From: an uncultured virus (IMG/VR IMGVR_UViG_3300042006_000224)
Lineage: Duplodnaviria; Heunggongvirae; Uroviricota; Caudoviricetes; Schitoviridae
Length of the DNA stretch: 64,000 nucleotides
Direction: 5' to 3' (one strand)
IMG/VR virus record: IMGVR_UViG_3300042006_000224
This document shows, one piece after another, positions 1 through 8,873 of the stretch. Within the stretch, counting starts at the first letter, position 1. Each line of letters begins with the position of its first letter. Position numbers and translations under genes: made by a program. The notes under the pieces were generated by a model. The model had not been told where the DNA came from, ran no database searches, and worked only from the letters and a program-made list of their open reading frames with translations.

Positions 1-2
1 TG

Positions 3-3000
3 AACAAAGATGGCCGCAACTTCCACAAGGGAATCTGGGCTACCGCAAGCCAGAATGAGAAGGATATCGCCAAAGCGAAATGGGACTTCGTGTTCCGTCC
101 GCAAGCGGGCATCACCGGCAAGAATGCTTACCTATCGCGCTTTGCAGCGTTGGGTCTGGCCTCGGCTGAAGTACGCAACGTACTGGCGTTCTCTACGGCG
201 AATCTGGAAACCCCACTGAAGGAACTGCCGTGGGCCAGCCGCCTGACCGAGCTGTTCCGTCGTCTGATGCAACGCCTGTCCTCGTTGATGACCAAGGTCA
301 CCCCGGGCATGGCGGGCAATCAGGCACTGCGTACCCTGGTCGAAGACCTGGTGGATATCGAAGCCAAGCGTAAAGCACGCATGGGCCAAGACAAGCTGGG
401 CTCGCTCGACCAGATCGAGACGGTGCTGACGGCAGCGGGTGAAACCGTGCGCGAGAAAGCGGATGCTTTCGGGCAGTCGAAATTCTTCCGCAACTCCCGT
501 ATCCCGGGCGTTCCGTTTGTGGGTGCAGCGATCTCGACACTGGCCGGCGACCGACTGGACGACGTGCTGGAGCACATCAATACCACCCGCGACGCTTACA
601 TGAAAGGTCGTCAGGGTCTGGCTACTGGACTGCTCAGCGAATGGCGCGGTGTCTATGACTCCCGTCGTCTGGCTGCCGAGCTGTTCAAAGGTGCCAAGGC
701 CATCGAGCAAGAGCGTAAAGCGGTGATCGAGAACACGGCGCAGGCTGTGAACGAGGCCTTCGCCAACCAAGGGCAGGATCTGACCCAGGACCAGCGCGAT
801 GCACTGACCAAGGTGTTCTTGCGCACCAACGCTCAGGCCATCGCCGCGGTGAAAGGTGTGTCCGGGCTGCGGGATCTGATGGAAGATCCGGCGCAAATGG
901 CCGCGTATCGGGCTGATCTGGAAGCTCAGGTCACGGCGATGTCGGGGAATGCCCGGTACATGATCAGCCAGACCAAGGACTTGGCGCACCACAAGGTGAT
1001 CGGGGGTTCGACTTCGGCCAACCTGATGCTGTCGACCGGTAATATCGCGGCCATGTACGGCACCAAGAAAGCTGGGCAGGATGCTCATCTTATTGCTGGT
1101 TTGACGCCGTTGCTGGAGCAGTTGGTGGGTGTGTACGCACTGGCTTACTCCGGTGATGTCGACCTGAACAATGCGAAGCAAGTGCTGCGTACCGAGATGA
1201 ACCGTCAAGACGGTGGCAACGGTATCGAGTTCATGCTGAAGCTGCACACAGGCCTGCAAGCCAAGGCGACCAAGGAGCTGTTCGCTGGTACCGAAGCGCT
1301 GCAACAGACCGGTTATGTGGCCGAGATCCATGACAACAAGATCGAAGTGTTGCTGGTCGATCAACGTGACGTGGAAGCTCACCAGCGCGCTGGGTACACC
1401 GTAGGCACCCGTCTGCAGATGGACCCGAACGTGAAGGCGCTGCAAGGCGGTTCGCGTGTCCTGATGACCCGTCGGGGCTCTGGCCAGAACGCCCTGTTGA
1501 CCGGCGCCATGTCGTTCACCGGAATGAACGCCAAAGGGTCGAGCCCGGTCACTGAAGCGCTGAACATGATGCAGGGCACGCAGACCACGTCGGCTGCCGT
1601 ACGCCAGCAGATTGCAGCGGCCAAAGCCGGGGCAATCGCCGACTTGTTCACCCGGGGTTCGAATTACGACCCACGCAATGCCCAAGCAGGGCACATGGCC
1701 CCCACCCTGGCGCCTGACGGTCGCATAGCTGACTACCGTCACCTGATGGTCGAACACAATCGCGATGTCCTGTTGGACCGCGATAATTCGATGGATCAGG
1801 TGATGGGAGTCATGGCCGGACAGATTGCGGACAAGGTGTCGTCTGCTGCGCAGAACGCGGATGTGGTGCGGTCGATGTACGACCAGTACCGTGCGGACTA
1901 CACGTCGCGCCCAGCTTCGTACTTGCGTGTGGCTGCGGATAGCAATGATGCAACGCTGGCTGAGGCATACCGCCTGCTGCCGGAAAGCACCAAGCGGGAA
2001 ATCAAGAAGGTATGGAAAGAAGACGCGATGTATGTGCCGGCTGACCAAATCGATCTGATTTTTGGCTACCGTAAGTTCAGTTTGACCAATGCGTTCGCTG
2101 CGCTGCCGACTGACCGTAACTTGATGGAAAAAACCCTTGTAGGGATCACTTCTGCCATGTTCGGTGAGAAAGCTGCACTGCGCGTCGGTCAAGCCGAAGA
2201 CATCATGCAAGCACTGGTCAAAGAGATGAAGGACATCCTCGTTGTGAAAAACGTGATGACTTTGGCCGGCAACATCATGTCCAACATGACATTGCTCGCT
2301 TGGGAAGGGGTTCCGCTGCAAAAGGCAATCTCTTCGCACGCAATCGCAATCAAAGGGGCTATCGACTACCGTAAGGATTCGAAACGCCTGATGCAGTTGC
2401 AGCAATCGGTTGAGATCGGCTACTTCGCGGATACTGAAGCGGCTGAGGTGGAAATGGTGGAATTGCGGGATCGTTTGGCGCGTAACCCGATCAAACCGCT
2501 GATTGATGCCGGACTTATGCCGACAATCGTAGAAGACGTTGAAGTTGACGATAATCGCTACACCTACAAGGCTCACTTGGAGCACAAGGTGGAACGGTTC
2601 ACTTCTAAGGTGCCAGCCTGGATGCGTGCAGTCGGTCGTCAGGTCTACATGACTCATGACACCGCAACCTACAAGTTCCTGAGCCAATCGACTCAGTTGT
2701 CCGACTTGGTGTCTCGTTATGCGCTCTATGAGCACGCAACGACTCGCCGGAAAGATCCACTGAGCAAAGCTGATGCATTGCGTCTCGCCGAGGACAGTTT
2801 CGTAAACTACGACCTGCCTTCGCACCGTACCCTACAATATCTCAACGATATGGGTATTGTGATGTTCACCAAGTATTACCTCCGGATTCAGAAGGTAATC
2901 ATGCGTTTGGTGAAAGAGCGTCCTGCACGCGGCCTGATTCTGGTGGCACTGGAACATTACCTGTCTGGTTTGCAGTCGGTACTGGATTCGAGCTGGACGA

Positions 3001-3086
3001 ACAAGATCGGCAACAATCCGCTGCAAGATGGGGCACTTGGTTACCTTGGCTCGTTAAAAGAGCTTCCGGCAATCAAGATGCTCTGA
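3..3086 (+). CDS. Virion-encapsidated RNA polymerase (N4 gp50-like), C-terminal part, 5' truncated by the window
   Basis: Frame is open from base 3 (NKDGRNFHKG...). More than 1000 aa with no Cys seen, Ala-rich, C-terminal 'FVNYDLP...YLNDMG..MFTKYYLRIQK' typical of N4-like vRNAPs. Converges on the replication genes as in N4. Confidence 0.88.
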   Translation, partial: NKDGRNFHKGIWATASQNEKDIAKAKWDFVFRPQAGITGKNAYLSRFAALGLASAEVRNVLAFSTANLETPLKELPWASRLTELFRRLMQRLSSLMTKVTPGMAGNQALRTLVEDLVDIEAKRKARMGQDKLGSLDQIETVLTAAGETVREKADAFGQSKFFRNSRIPGVPFVGAAISTLAGDRLDDVLEHINTTRDAYMKGRQGLATGLLSEWRGVYDSRRLAAELFKGAKAIEQERKAVIENTAQAVNEAFANQGQDLTQDQRDALTKVFLRTNAQAIAAVKGVSGLRDLMEDPAQMAAYRADLEAQVTAMSGNARYMISQTKDLAHHKVIGGSTSANLMLSTGNIAAMYGTKKAGQDAHLIAGLTPLLEQLVGVYALAYSGDVDLNNAKQVLRTEMNRQDGGNGIEFMLKLHTGLQAKATKELFAGTEALQQTGYVAEIHDNKIEVLLVDQRDVEAHQRAGYTVGTRLQMDPNVKALQGGSRVLMTRRGSGQNALLTGAMSFTGMNAKGSSPVTEALNMMQGTQTTSAAVRQQIAAAKAGAIADLFTRGSNYDPRNAQAGHMAPTLAPDGRIADYRHLMVEHNRDVLLDRDNSMDQVMGVMAGQIADKVSSAAQNADVVRSMYDQYRADYTSRPASYLRVAADSNDATLAEAYRLLPESTKREIKKVWKEDAMYVPADQIDLIFGYRKFSLTNAFAALPTDRNLMEKTLVGITSAMFGEKAALRVGQAEDIMQALVKEMKDILVVKNVMTLAGNIMSNMTLLAWEGVPLQKAISSHAIAIKGAIDYRKDSKRLMQLQQSVEIGYFADTEAAEVEMVELRDRLARNPIKPLIDAGLMPTIVEDVEVDDNRYTYKAHLEHKVERFTSKVPAWMRAVGRQVYMTHDTATYKFLSQSTQLSDLVSRYALYEHATTRRKDPLSKADALRLAEDSFVNYDLPSHRTLQYLNDMGIVMFTKYYLRIQKVIMRLVKERPARGLILVALEHYLSGLQSVLDSSWTNKIGNNPLQDGALGYLGSLKELPAIKML

Positions 3087-3087
3087 A

Positions 3088-3121
3088 ATAAAAAAGCCCC
3101 CTAATTTGGGGGCTTTTTCTT
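3088..3121. terminator. Bidirectional rho-independent terminator
   Basis: AAAAAAGCCCCC-TAATTT-GGGGGCTTTTTT between converging genes. Confidence 0.85.
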
Positions 3122-3310
3122 TGCATCGAACACGAACTCTTTGATCGCTGCCCAAACCAGAAAGACAATGAAGACAAGTACGCAGAGCAATGCCCCCAAG
3201 AAGGCAATGATCTTGAACACGTACCCAAACACCACGAATGTCGTGATCAGGGCGAGCAGCGCGCCGATCCCGAAAAATATTCCCAGAATCAGCCGTGCTG
3301 CCCGGATCAA
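3101..3310 (-). CDS. Small membrane protein (2 TM segments)
   Basis: 69 aa, strongly hydrophobic. Confidence 0.7.
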   Translation of the reverse strand: MIRAARLILGIFFGIGALLALITTFVVFGYVFKIIAFLGALLCVLVFIVFLVWAAIKEFVFDAKKKPPN

Positions 3311-3657
3311 TGCCGTACTGGGGATTTGATCATCACGGCTCGCCCGAGGGGGAGGTCGTCGAGGTACAAAGTGCCGGTGGCCGGGTCAATGTGCCAACCT
3401 TTAGGTTGATTCCCGGTAGCTGCAGCAGCCTGGGGTTTCACGTCTTCTGGCGCACCTTTAGATTCACCCGGCGAAGCGTGGCCAGCATTGCCAGCCTGAC
3501 CGGACACTTTCGGTTCTTCGAACAGTTTTGCAGCAGCTTTTGCCAGAGTCGTGGCTTCAGCGCTTTGATTGATGCCATAAAGCATCTTTGCAGCACTTGC
3601 CAGCATATTCGCCGCTTGGGCGTGTGTAAGCAGAGCTTCGTCGCAGATTTGGCACAT
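3307..3657 (-). CDS. Hypothetical protein (starts MCQICDE)
   Basis: ATG at 3657 with AGGA SD upstream; stop overlaps the next start. Confidence 0.7.
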   Translation of the reverse strand: MCQICDEALLTHAQAANMLASAAKMLYGINQSAEATTLAKAAAKLFEEPKVSGQAGNAGHASPGESKGAPEDVKPQAAAATGNQPKGWHIDPATGTLYLDDLPLGRAVMIKSPVRH

Positions 3658-3669
3658 ATTGCATTCCTT

Positions 3670-4560
3670 CTGTTGGTGGGTGTTCTGGAAGTACATCTGC
3701 CGTCGCTTCCCATGGCAACACTCATTCAGAGTGGCAGATGTACCACCAGAACACCATCCAAGTGCAAACCTCTCCGAAGAGTCAGCTTGCGGGGATAATG
3801 TTCCGGGAAAGTTACCAACTTTCAAGTTTATAGGTTATTAGTCACAAACTTGCTCGTTTGTGCATACCGGACTTCGGCGTTCGGTATGTTGTGCTGTGCT
3901 TCGATAACCCCTTCCCATCAGCGGTAAGGGGAACGCAATTGCGGCTAACTTGCTCGCTCGCGTACCACATTTCAATAGATGAATACTTGGGGCTTACTCG
4001 CCCCATGTTTCCTGATTTGTCAGTTAACAATACCCTAGGGGGGTATTGGGGAACACTTTACTCAGCCGGCTGCGCTACATCGCCAGCCTCCTGCCAACGG
4101 CCGGAGTATTCGCAAAGTGTTCCCCAATACCACCTCTACACTTGCCATGTGCAAGCACATCACAGTTACAGAGGGATATTGGGTTCGATCTTATGTTCGA
4201 ACAGACATACCGACTATATGCCAGTCGGGTCAGCAGCCCCTGCCCGGGGTCAGGGTTTAAGAGGCACCTCAGCATTGTTTCTGTACCTGCTGTAGCTAAC
4301 AGCGTTTCTGTGTCCAGAAGAGGTGCCAATTAGGCGGGGTTGTCGCATTGGCCGAGGCCCCACTACGAAATGCTGCGGACACGTACCGGGAACCGGCAAA
4401 CGTATCCTCATCAGCCAACCCCTTAAATCTTTGTAGAGTTTTTCCCAGCAGCTTTTCGCGGTAACAACCGGCGTGGCCACCAAGCCAAGGTACGATCCTT
4501 GGTTTCAGACATACAACAGTTTGGTCTGGTACGAGGCTTTTACAGTGCCAATGTGCGCAA
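3670..4560 (-). ncRNA. Candidate large structured non-coding RNA
   Basis: ~900 nt with no credible ORF and many nested stems, including a perfect 18-bp stem (4042-4059/4114-4131). cUUCGg loop and several G-U pairs on the minus strand. Confidence 0.5.
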
Positions 4561-4582
4561 CTTCCTCTGCTTTTTTACTGGT

Positions 4583-4786
4583 TTAGTCCAGTTCCGAACG
4601 CATCTCGCTTCTAGGAGCCCAACCGTTGCTGGTTTTCACCATGCAGCCGATTGAGCCGCTGAAGCGCACATTGCGTTCAGTTTGGTAGCCGTACCATTCA
4701 CACTTGCTCCAGCCGATGCCGTAGCCGATGGCCACGATAACGAGTACCAGAACGAGGATGGGCAGTACGACTTTACCGTTACGCAC
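4583..4786 (-). CDS. Small membrane-anchored protein
   Basis: N-terminal TM helix; adjacent to the TerB-like gene. Confidence 0.65.
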   Translation of the reverse strand: MRNGKVVLPILVLVLVIVAIGYGIGWSKCEWYGYQTERNVRFSGSIGCMVKTSNGWAPRSEMRSELD

Positions 4787-5233
4787 TCAGGCGCCTTTGC
4801 GGATTTCGAAGTGTTCTTCGCTGAGGCGATAGCCCAGCTCACGCGCGACTTCTTCGATCACCTTGCGCTCGGCCGGCTCGATTTCACCGTCCGACTTTGC
4901 GATGGCCAGGATGTTGAGGACCACGTCTTCGACGTGTTCATCGTTGCCTTGGATGTCGCGCAGCTCACGCAGGATTTTGCTACGGCCGACCAGGAAGTCG
5001 CCATCCAGCAGATCGCTGAAACGACGAATGGTCTTGCCGATTTCGGCGCCGAAGTGCTTCAGGTTTTCGTTACCGGAGATGAGCTTTTCGAGCTTGTTCA
5101 GCTCGTCCTTCTCGATGTCACCATCAGCAGCGGCGACCAGCAGGCCACCGCCAACGATGGCTTCCATCAGGTCACGGTTTTCAACTTTCTTGGCGCCACG
5201 GAACAGCTTGCCAGCGAATTTACCGAACATCAT
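4787..5233 (-). CDS. TerB-family (tellurite-resistance-like) protein
   Basis: Duplicated 'LVAAADGDIEKDE' and 'AIAKSDGEIEPAERKVI' motifs. Confidence 0.8.
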   Translation of the reverse strand: MMFGKFAGKLFRGAKKVENRDLMEAIVGGGLLVAAADGDIEKDELNKLEKLISGNENLKHFGAEIGKTIRRFSDLLDGDFLVGRSKILRELRDIQGNDEHVEDVVLNILAIAKSDGEIEPAERKVIEEVARELGYRLSEEHFEIRKGA

Positions 5234-5700
5234 TCATTCCTTATGAAAGCATCCCGTTCGGCTAAAAGCCGGGTCGGGGCTGCATCAATTCTGGTGCGCA
5301 TGTCTTGGGCACGGGCTACGCCCGCTTCCCATTCTGTGCGATTGAAGTCGTCACCTATATTAAAGGCGTTGACCAGTTGTGACGGGTTCGGGTGGGCAAG
5401 TGCCTGCTCCAAACCAAGGTTGTAAGCTGCGGTTGTCGCCGACGGTACCGGCTCCGGTGAAGTGCCGGTCAGTTCGTACTGGGTCATGAAGCCCACATAG
5501 GCCACGTTGACCAACACAGCCCCTTCTCCCAACTTGCGCTGCTCTTTAGCCGCGGTCAGTTGAGGGATGGTGAGGCTGCGCTTGTCGGACCAGACGTACG
5601 CACTGGCCGGCATATAAGAGCCGACCTGAGGGACAGACCACACCGCAAGGTACCAATGGCGCTTGCGGGCACTCGGGTCTTGTGACGGGTGCTGATACAT
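5230..5700 (-). CDS. Hypothetical protein
   Basis: 156-aa ORF in operon, ATGA overlap. Confidence 0.7.
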   Translation of the reverse strand: MYQHPSQDPSARKRHWYLAVWSVPQVGSYMPASAYVWSDKRSLTIPQLTAAKEQRKLGEGAVLVNVAYVGFMTQYELTGTSPEPVPSATTAAYNLGLEQALAHPNPSQLVNAFNIGDDFNRTEWEAGVARAQDMRTRIDAAPTRLLAERDAFIRNE

Positions 5701-5742
5701 GTTCTACCTCTGGTTTGCCCCAGTTGCCTGGGGCGTGCAGGA

Positions 5743-6105
5743 TCAGTCGAACAGGTTGTCGTCGTCACCACCACCAGCGGTTTCCAGCTCAGCAGTGGTA
5801 GTCACAGGCTCGACCACTGGCGCAACATGCGCAGGCTCTTCGGCAACCGCGACTGGTGCAGTGGCCTGGGCTTCCGCAACCGGCGCAGAGGTGGTCGCGG
5901 TCGGGGTCACGGCGGATTGCTTTGGGGCTTCAGCCACCACCACAACCGGTGCTTCGGTGTCCAGCACGCAGGTCAGTTCTTTGGTGCCACGCTTGAAAGC
6001 GAACTCGGCGGTGACAACGTTCGGATCGAACGCGGTCATGCCTTGAGCTTGCAGGTAAGCGCACAGTGCTTTGGTAACGTCGTTGTGAGTCAGAGTCAGT
6101 TGCAT
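5743..6105 (-). CDS. Hypothetical protein with Ala/Pro/Thr linker and acidic tail
   Basis: 120 aa ending DDDNLFD. Confidence 0.7.
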   Translation of the reverse strand: MQLTLTHNDVTKALCAYLQAQGMTAFDPNVVTAEFAFKRGTKELTCVLDTEAPVVVVAEAPKQSAVTPTATTSAPVAEAQATAPVAVAEEPAHVAPVVEPVTTTAELETAGGGDDDNLFD

Positions 6106-6665
6106 GTTTGCGTTCCTTTATGGAATTGAATGAGTTGTTTGTACTGATTCGTCAATAAACCAGCATAGATCGCGCCCACGGCATCAGCCATGTGCTCAGC
6201 GTCACCCAAATGGATGTCGCCATTGGACTTGCGCGGCCAAGGCGCTTCCGGGTGTTGCTTCACTGCCCAGTCGATCATTTGCTTCTTGGTAGCCGTGCGG
6301 CTGCCATGAGCGGCAAGCTTGACCTCGTTGGGCGTTACTTCAATGAATTGCGCGGAGGCGCGGAGGCTTCCCAGTATTCCAATACAGATCCCAGAACAGA
6401 GAGAGGCTCGGGCGCTTTGACTGCCTTGCGGAATCTCGGCGAAGATCAAGTTCGCAGCCAGGAAAGGCATCACGCCCTCATATAGCTGGTTTGCCGTGCT
6501 CAAGTCTTGTGAGTTCTGGCGGACCTGTTTGCCTTCGAGCGGATTGCTACGCACAACTCGAAGGGTTTTGATGGTCAGCACTCCGGTGTCGATATCGATC
6601 GAACCACCGGCAATTCCCCAGTTTCTGCTGGACGGGTCAAACCCAGCGATACTGAGGCGAGCCAT
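6096..6665 (-). CDS. RuvC-like Holliday junction resolvase
   Basis: 'GFDPSSRNWG', 'AEIPQGSQ', 'KKQMI', 'EHMADA' motifs. Confidence 0.8.
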   Translation of the reverse strand: MARLSIAGFDPSSRNWGIAGGSIDIDTGVLTIKTLRVVRSNPLEGKQVRQNSQDLSTANQLYEGVMPFLAANLIFAEIPQGSQSARASLCSGICIGILGSLRASAQFIEVTPNEVKLAAHGSRTATKKQMIDWAVKQHPEAPWPRKSNGDIHLGDAEHMADAVGAIYAGLLTNQYKQLIQFHKGTQTCN

Positions 6666-7216
6666 TACACGCCAGCGCGTGAAAGGCGACGCTGAAGCAC
6701 GGCAACATAGTCTTTCATCAAGCCATGTTGCTCACGCAGGTCAGCGATCTCTTCGATGGACAAATCCATCCAGTCGAGGACACCAGCATCCAACTTCACA
6801 AGGAATTCGGAAAGACCCATCAGACGAGCGGCAACCTGATACATCTCGGTGATAACACGCTGCACATGGTCAGGAAGCTCACGCTGTTCCTGAGTCAGTG
6901 GGCGATTACCGCGGTGGATGTCTTCAGCCAGCATAAAGCCGGCCAGCGGCCACAGTTGGTCACGCGCATCGCGCATTGCCAATTGTTTGGCCAACTCTTC
7001 GTCGTAGTTCTCCGGAGAGACGCTACCCAGGTTCTTGCCGACGACCGTGAGGCCGTTATGCAGGGTCAGGACGCAGAGCAGGATCGAAGGGTCGATCTTG
7101 ATTAGCTCAGTGGTCTTGATCATGGCATCCAGCGCGGCCGGTGTAACACGCGGCGCAGTGGTGAGGCCTTTGGCTTGAATCTTAGATTCCAGCGCTTGTT
7201 CAGCGGATACAGACAT
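6665..7216 (-). CDS. Gp49-like (PF13876-type) domain fused to a helical C-terminal domain; candidate anti-defence nucleotide sponge
   Basis: 'APRVTP...CVLTLHNGLTVVG...VSPENYDEELAKQLA...LWPLAGF' followed by 'HVQRVITE...EQHGLMKDYVAVLQRRL'; AGGAG SD before the ATG at 7216. Confidence 0.65.
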   Translation of the reverse strand: MSVSAEQALESKIQAKGLTTAPRVTPAALDAMIKTTELIKIDPSILLCVLTLHNGLTVVGKNLGSVSPENYDEELAKQLAMRDARDQLWPLAGFMLAEDIHRGNRPLTQEQRELPDHVQRVITEMYQVAARLMGLSEFLVKLDAGVLDWMDLSIEEIADLREQHGLMKDYVAVLQRRLSRAGV

Positions 7217-7260
7217 GGACAGCTCCTGAAAGGGGCCGGTTACCCGACCCATGGTGGTGT

Positions 7261-8043
7261 TCAGTCGAACAACGAATCGACTTCGGCGCCGGAAGCGTCG
7301 GTTGGGGTACCAGCAGGGCCGGCACCGCCAGCTTCTGGGACCAGATTTTCCTTCTTGACCTTGTCGATGACCTTACCGGCGTTGGCTTCGAGCCATTTCG
7401 GGTAGAAGTCAGCAACCGGAGTGGAACCGGACTGCTTGGCTGCACGCAGCTCAGCAATGGTGCACTTGTTGTCAGGGTAGAAGATTTTGCCGATTTCGTT
7501 GGTGAAACGGGTGATCGGTGCGCCAGTTGCGTCACAAACCGGCAGGTAGTCGTTGCCTACCTTTTTGGTTTTGTTTTCTTCGACCTTCAGCAGACCGAGG
7601 ATGAACTTCTTGCCGATCAGCTCGACGGCCATTGGCACTTCAGTCGGCACGTCGGTTTTGGTGTCGAAGTTGCGCAGCTTGACGATTTTGGTTTCGAAGG
7701 TCAGCGCGTTCAGCTCTTTCTTGGCGCAGAACATCGCGATGGCGTTCATGTTGTTGAAGCCAGGCAGGTAGGACTTCTTGCCGTCACGTTCGTAGTACGG
7801 CTTGTTGCCTTTGGCATCGCCCGAGGTGACCCACTCGGTGAACTTGAACTTGCGACCGTCCGGACCTTGAACTTCAAGGTTCATGGAACCGGCGCCGCCT
7901 TTCGACTTGCCTGCATAAGCAGACAGCACGGTGACTTCATAGGCGTTGGAATCCCAGACGAAGCTGCCGCCCAAGCGGTCGCTGTCGGTTTCGATGGATT
8001 CGTTGGTGGTGTTAGCGGTGTTGGCAAAAGGGTTGAGGCTCAT
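7261..8043 (-). CDS. ssb: Single-stranded DNA-binding protein (N4 gp45-like)
   Basis: 'DRLGG', 'YLPGF' motifs, acidic SLFD tail, conserved position. Confidence 0.8.
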   Translation of the reverse strand: MSLNPFANTANTTNESIETDSDRLGGSFVWDSNAYEVTVLSAYAGKSKGGAGSMNLEVQGPDGRKFKFTEWVTSGDAKGNKPYYERDGKKSYLPGFNNMNAIAMFCAKKELNALTFETKIVKLRNFDTKTDVPTEVPMAVELIGKKFILGLLKVEENKTKKVGNDYLPVCDATGAPITRFTNEIGKIFYPDNKCTIAELRAAKQSGSTPVADFYPKWLEANAGKVIDKVKKENLVPEAGGAGPAGTPTDASGAEVDSLFD

Positions 8044-8105
8044 GGTGTTGCTCCAAAATTATGAGAAGGAAATTCACAACAGCCCACGGAGGGGGCCACA
8101 GTTAC

Positions 8106-8819
8106 TCAGTTATAGTAGGAATCGAGACGGTCGATGACCATCTGGATGTCGTTGTCGATAAACGTTTCGTTGTCGCCCCAGAGCATCATCGGGCCACGGA
8201 TACGGGTGTTGATCGTGTCCTTGGTGACCTGAGTCTGGAAGACGTGTTTGAAGCCGACGACTTTCTCGCGGTCGGTGATCTTCAGCAGGTCGTTCTCTTC
8301 GGTGAGGTCGTCCAACTTGATCTTCTGGCACATCAGCACCATGGAGAAGTAGGCTTCGATGCCTTGGTTCTTCAGGGAGCCGGCGACCGGGATCGCGGTT
8401 TCCATGACCATGGCGGTTTCGTTGTACACGTCGAGGACGTGAGCCAGGAAGATGACCTTCTTGGAGGACTTGGCGACATCGACCTGCATGGTCGAGCGGA
8501 AGAATTCAGCGAAGTTGCCCCACGCGGCACGGCCGTCAACGGCGGTGCGAACGTACTGGCTGATGTACATATCAAGCCAGAAGGTCAAGGTGTCAACGAT
8601 GATGACCTTGATGTGGTCCTGCTTCTCAGCCCACGCGAAAGCTTCTTTCACTTGGTTTGGGTTGGTCACCGTCTTTTGGGTGAACTTCGCCGGGAAAGGC
8701 AGTCGCTTGCCCGCTTCACAGTTCAAATACAGAACCGATTCGGGATCGCGCAAATTGCGCAGGGAAGCAGACTTGCCACTGCCCGACTTGCCGCAAATGA
8801 GCGCCAAATGTTCGTTCAT
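8106..8819 (-). CDS. AAA/Sak4-like ATPase (N4 gp44-like)
   Basis: Walker A GKSGSGKS; Walker B IIVD. Confidence 0.8.
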   Translation of the reverse strand: MNEHLALICGKSGSGKSASLRNLRDPESVLYLNCEAGKRLPFPAKFTQKTVTNPNQVKEAFAWAEKQDHIKVIIVDTLTFWLDMYISQYVRTAVDGRAAWGNFAEFFRSTMQVDVAKSSKKVIFLAHVLDVYNETAMVMETAIPVAGSLKNQGIEAYFSMVLMCQKIKLDDLTEENDLLKITDREKVVGFKHVFQTQVTKDTINTRIRGPMMLWGDNETFIDNDIQMVIDRLDSYYN

Positions 8820-8873
8820 AGGAATACTCCTGAATGAGATCACAAAAGCCCCGGGACGGGGCCAGTGTGAAGG

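Noticed and set aside
132..2825. 897-aa antisense ORF (likewise 59547-62993, 53360-54784, 25296-26543, 29887-31209)
   Set aside because: Shadow ORFs opposite well-supported genes, explained by codon bias; no recognisable motifs.
4170..4205. GGTTCGA T-loop-like motif suggesting a tRNA
   Set aside because: It forms a simple hairpin with TCGAAC; no acceptor, D or anticodon arms could be built.
4336..4422. CUGAUGA followed by a stem on the minus strand, suggesting a hammerhead ribozyme
   Set aside because: The required GAAA after stem II is absent (GCAGC instead).
3858..4483. ORFs 3858-4295, 4046-4333, 4075-4329 and 4250-4483
   Set aside because: Non-ATG starts without evident SD, mutually overlapping, atypical composition.
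3670..4560. Retron msr-msd or CRISPR-like array interpretation of the inverted repeats
   Set aside because: No reverse transcriptase or cas gene in the window and no regularly spaced direct repeats.
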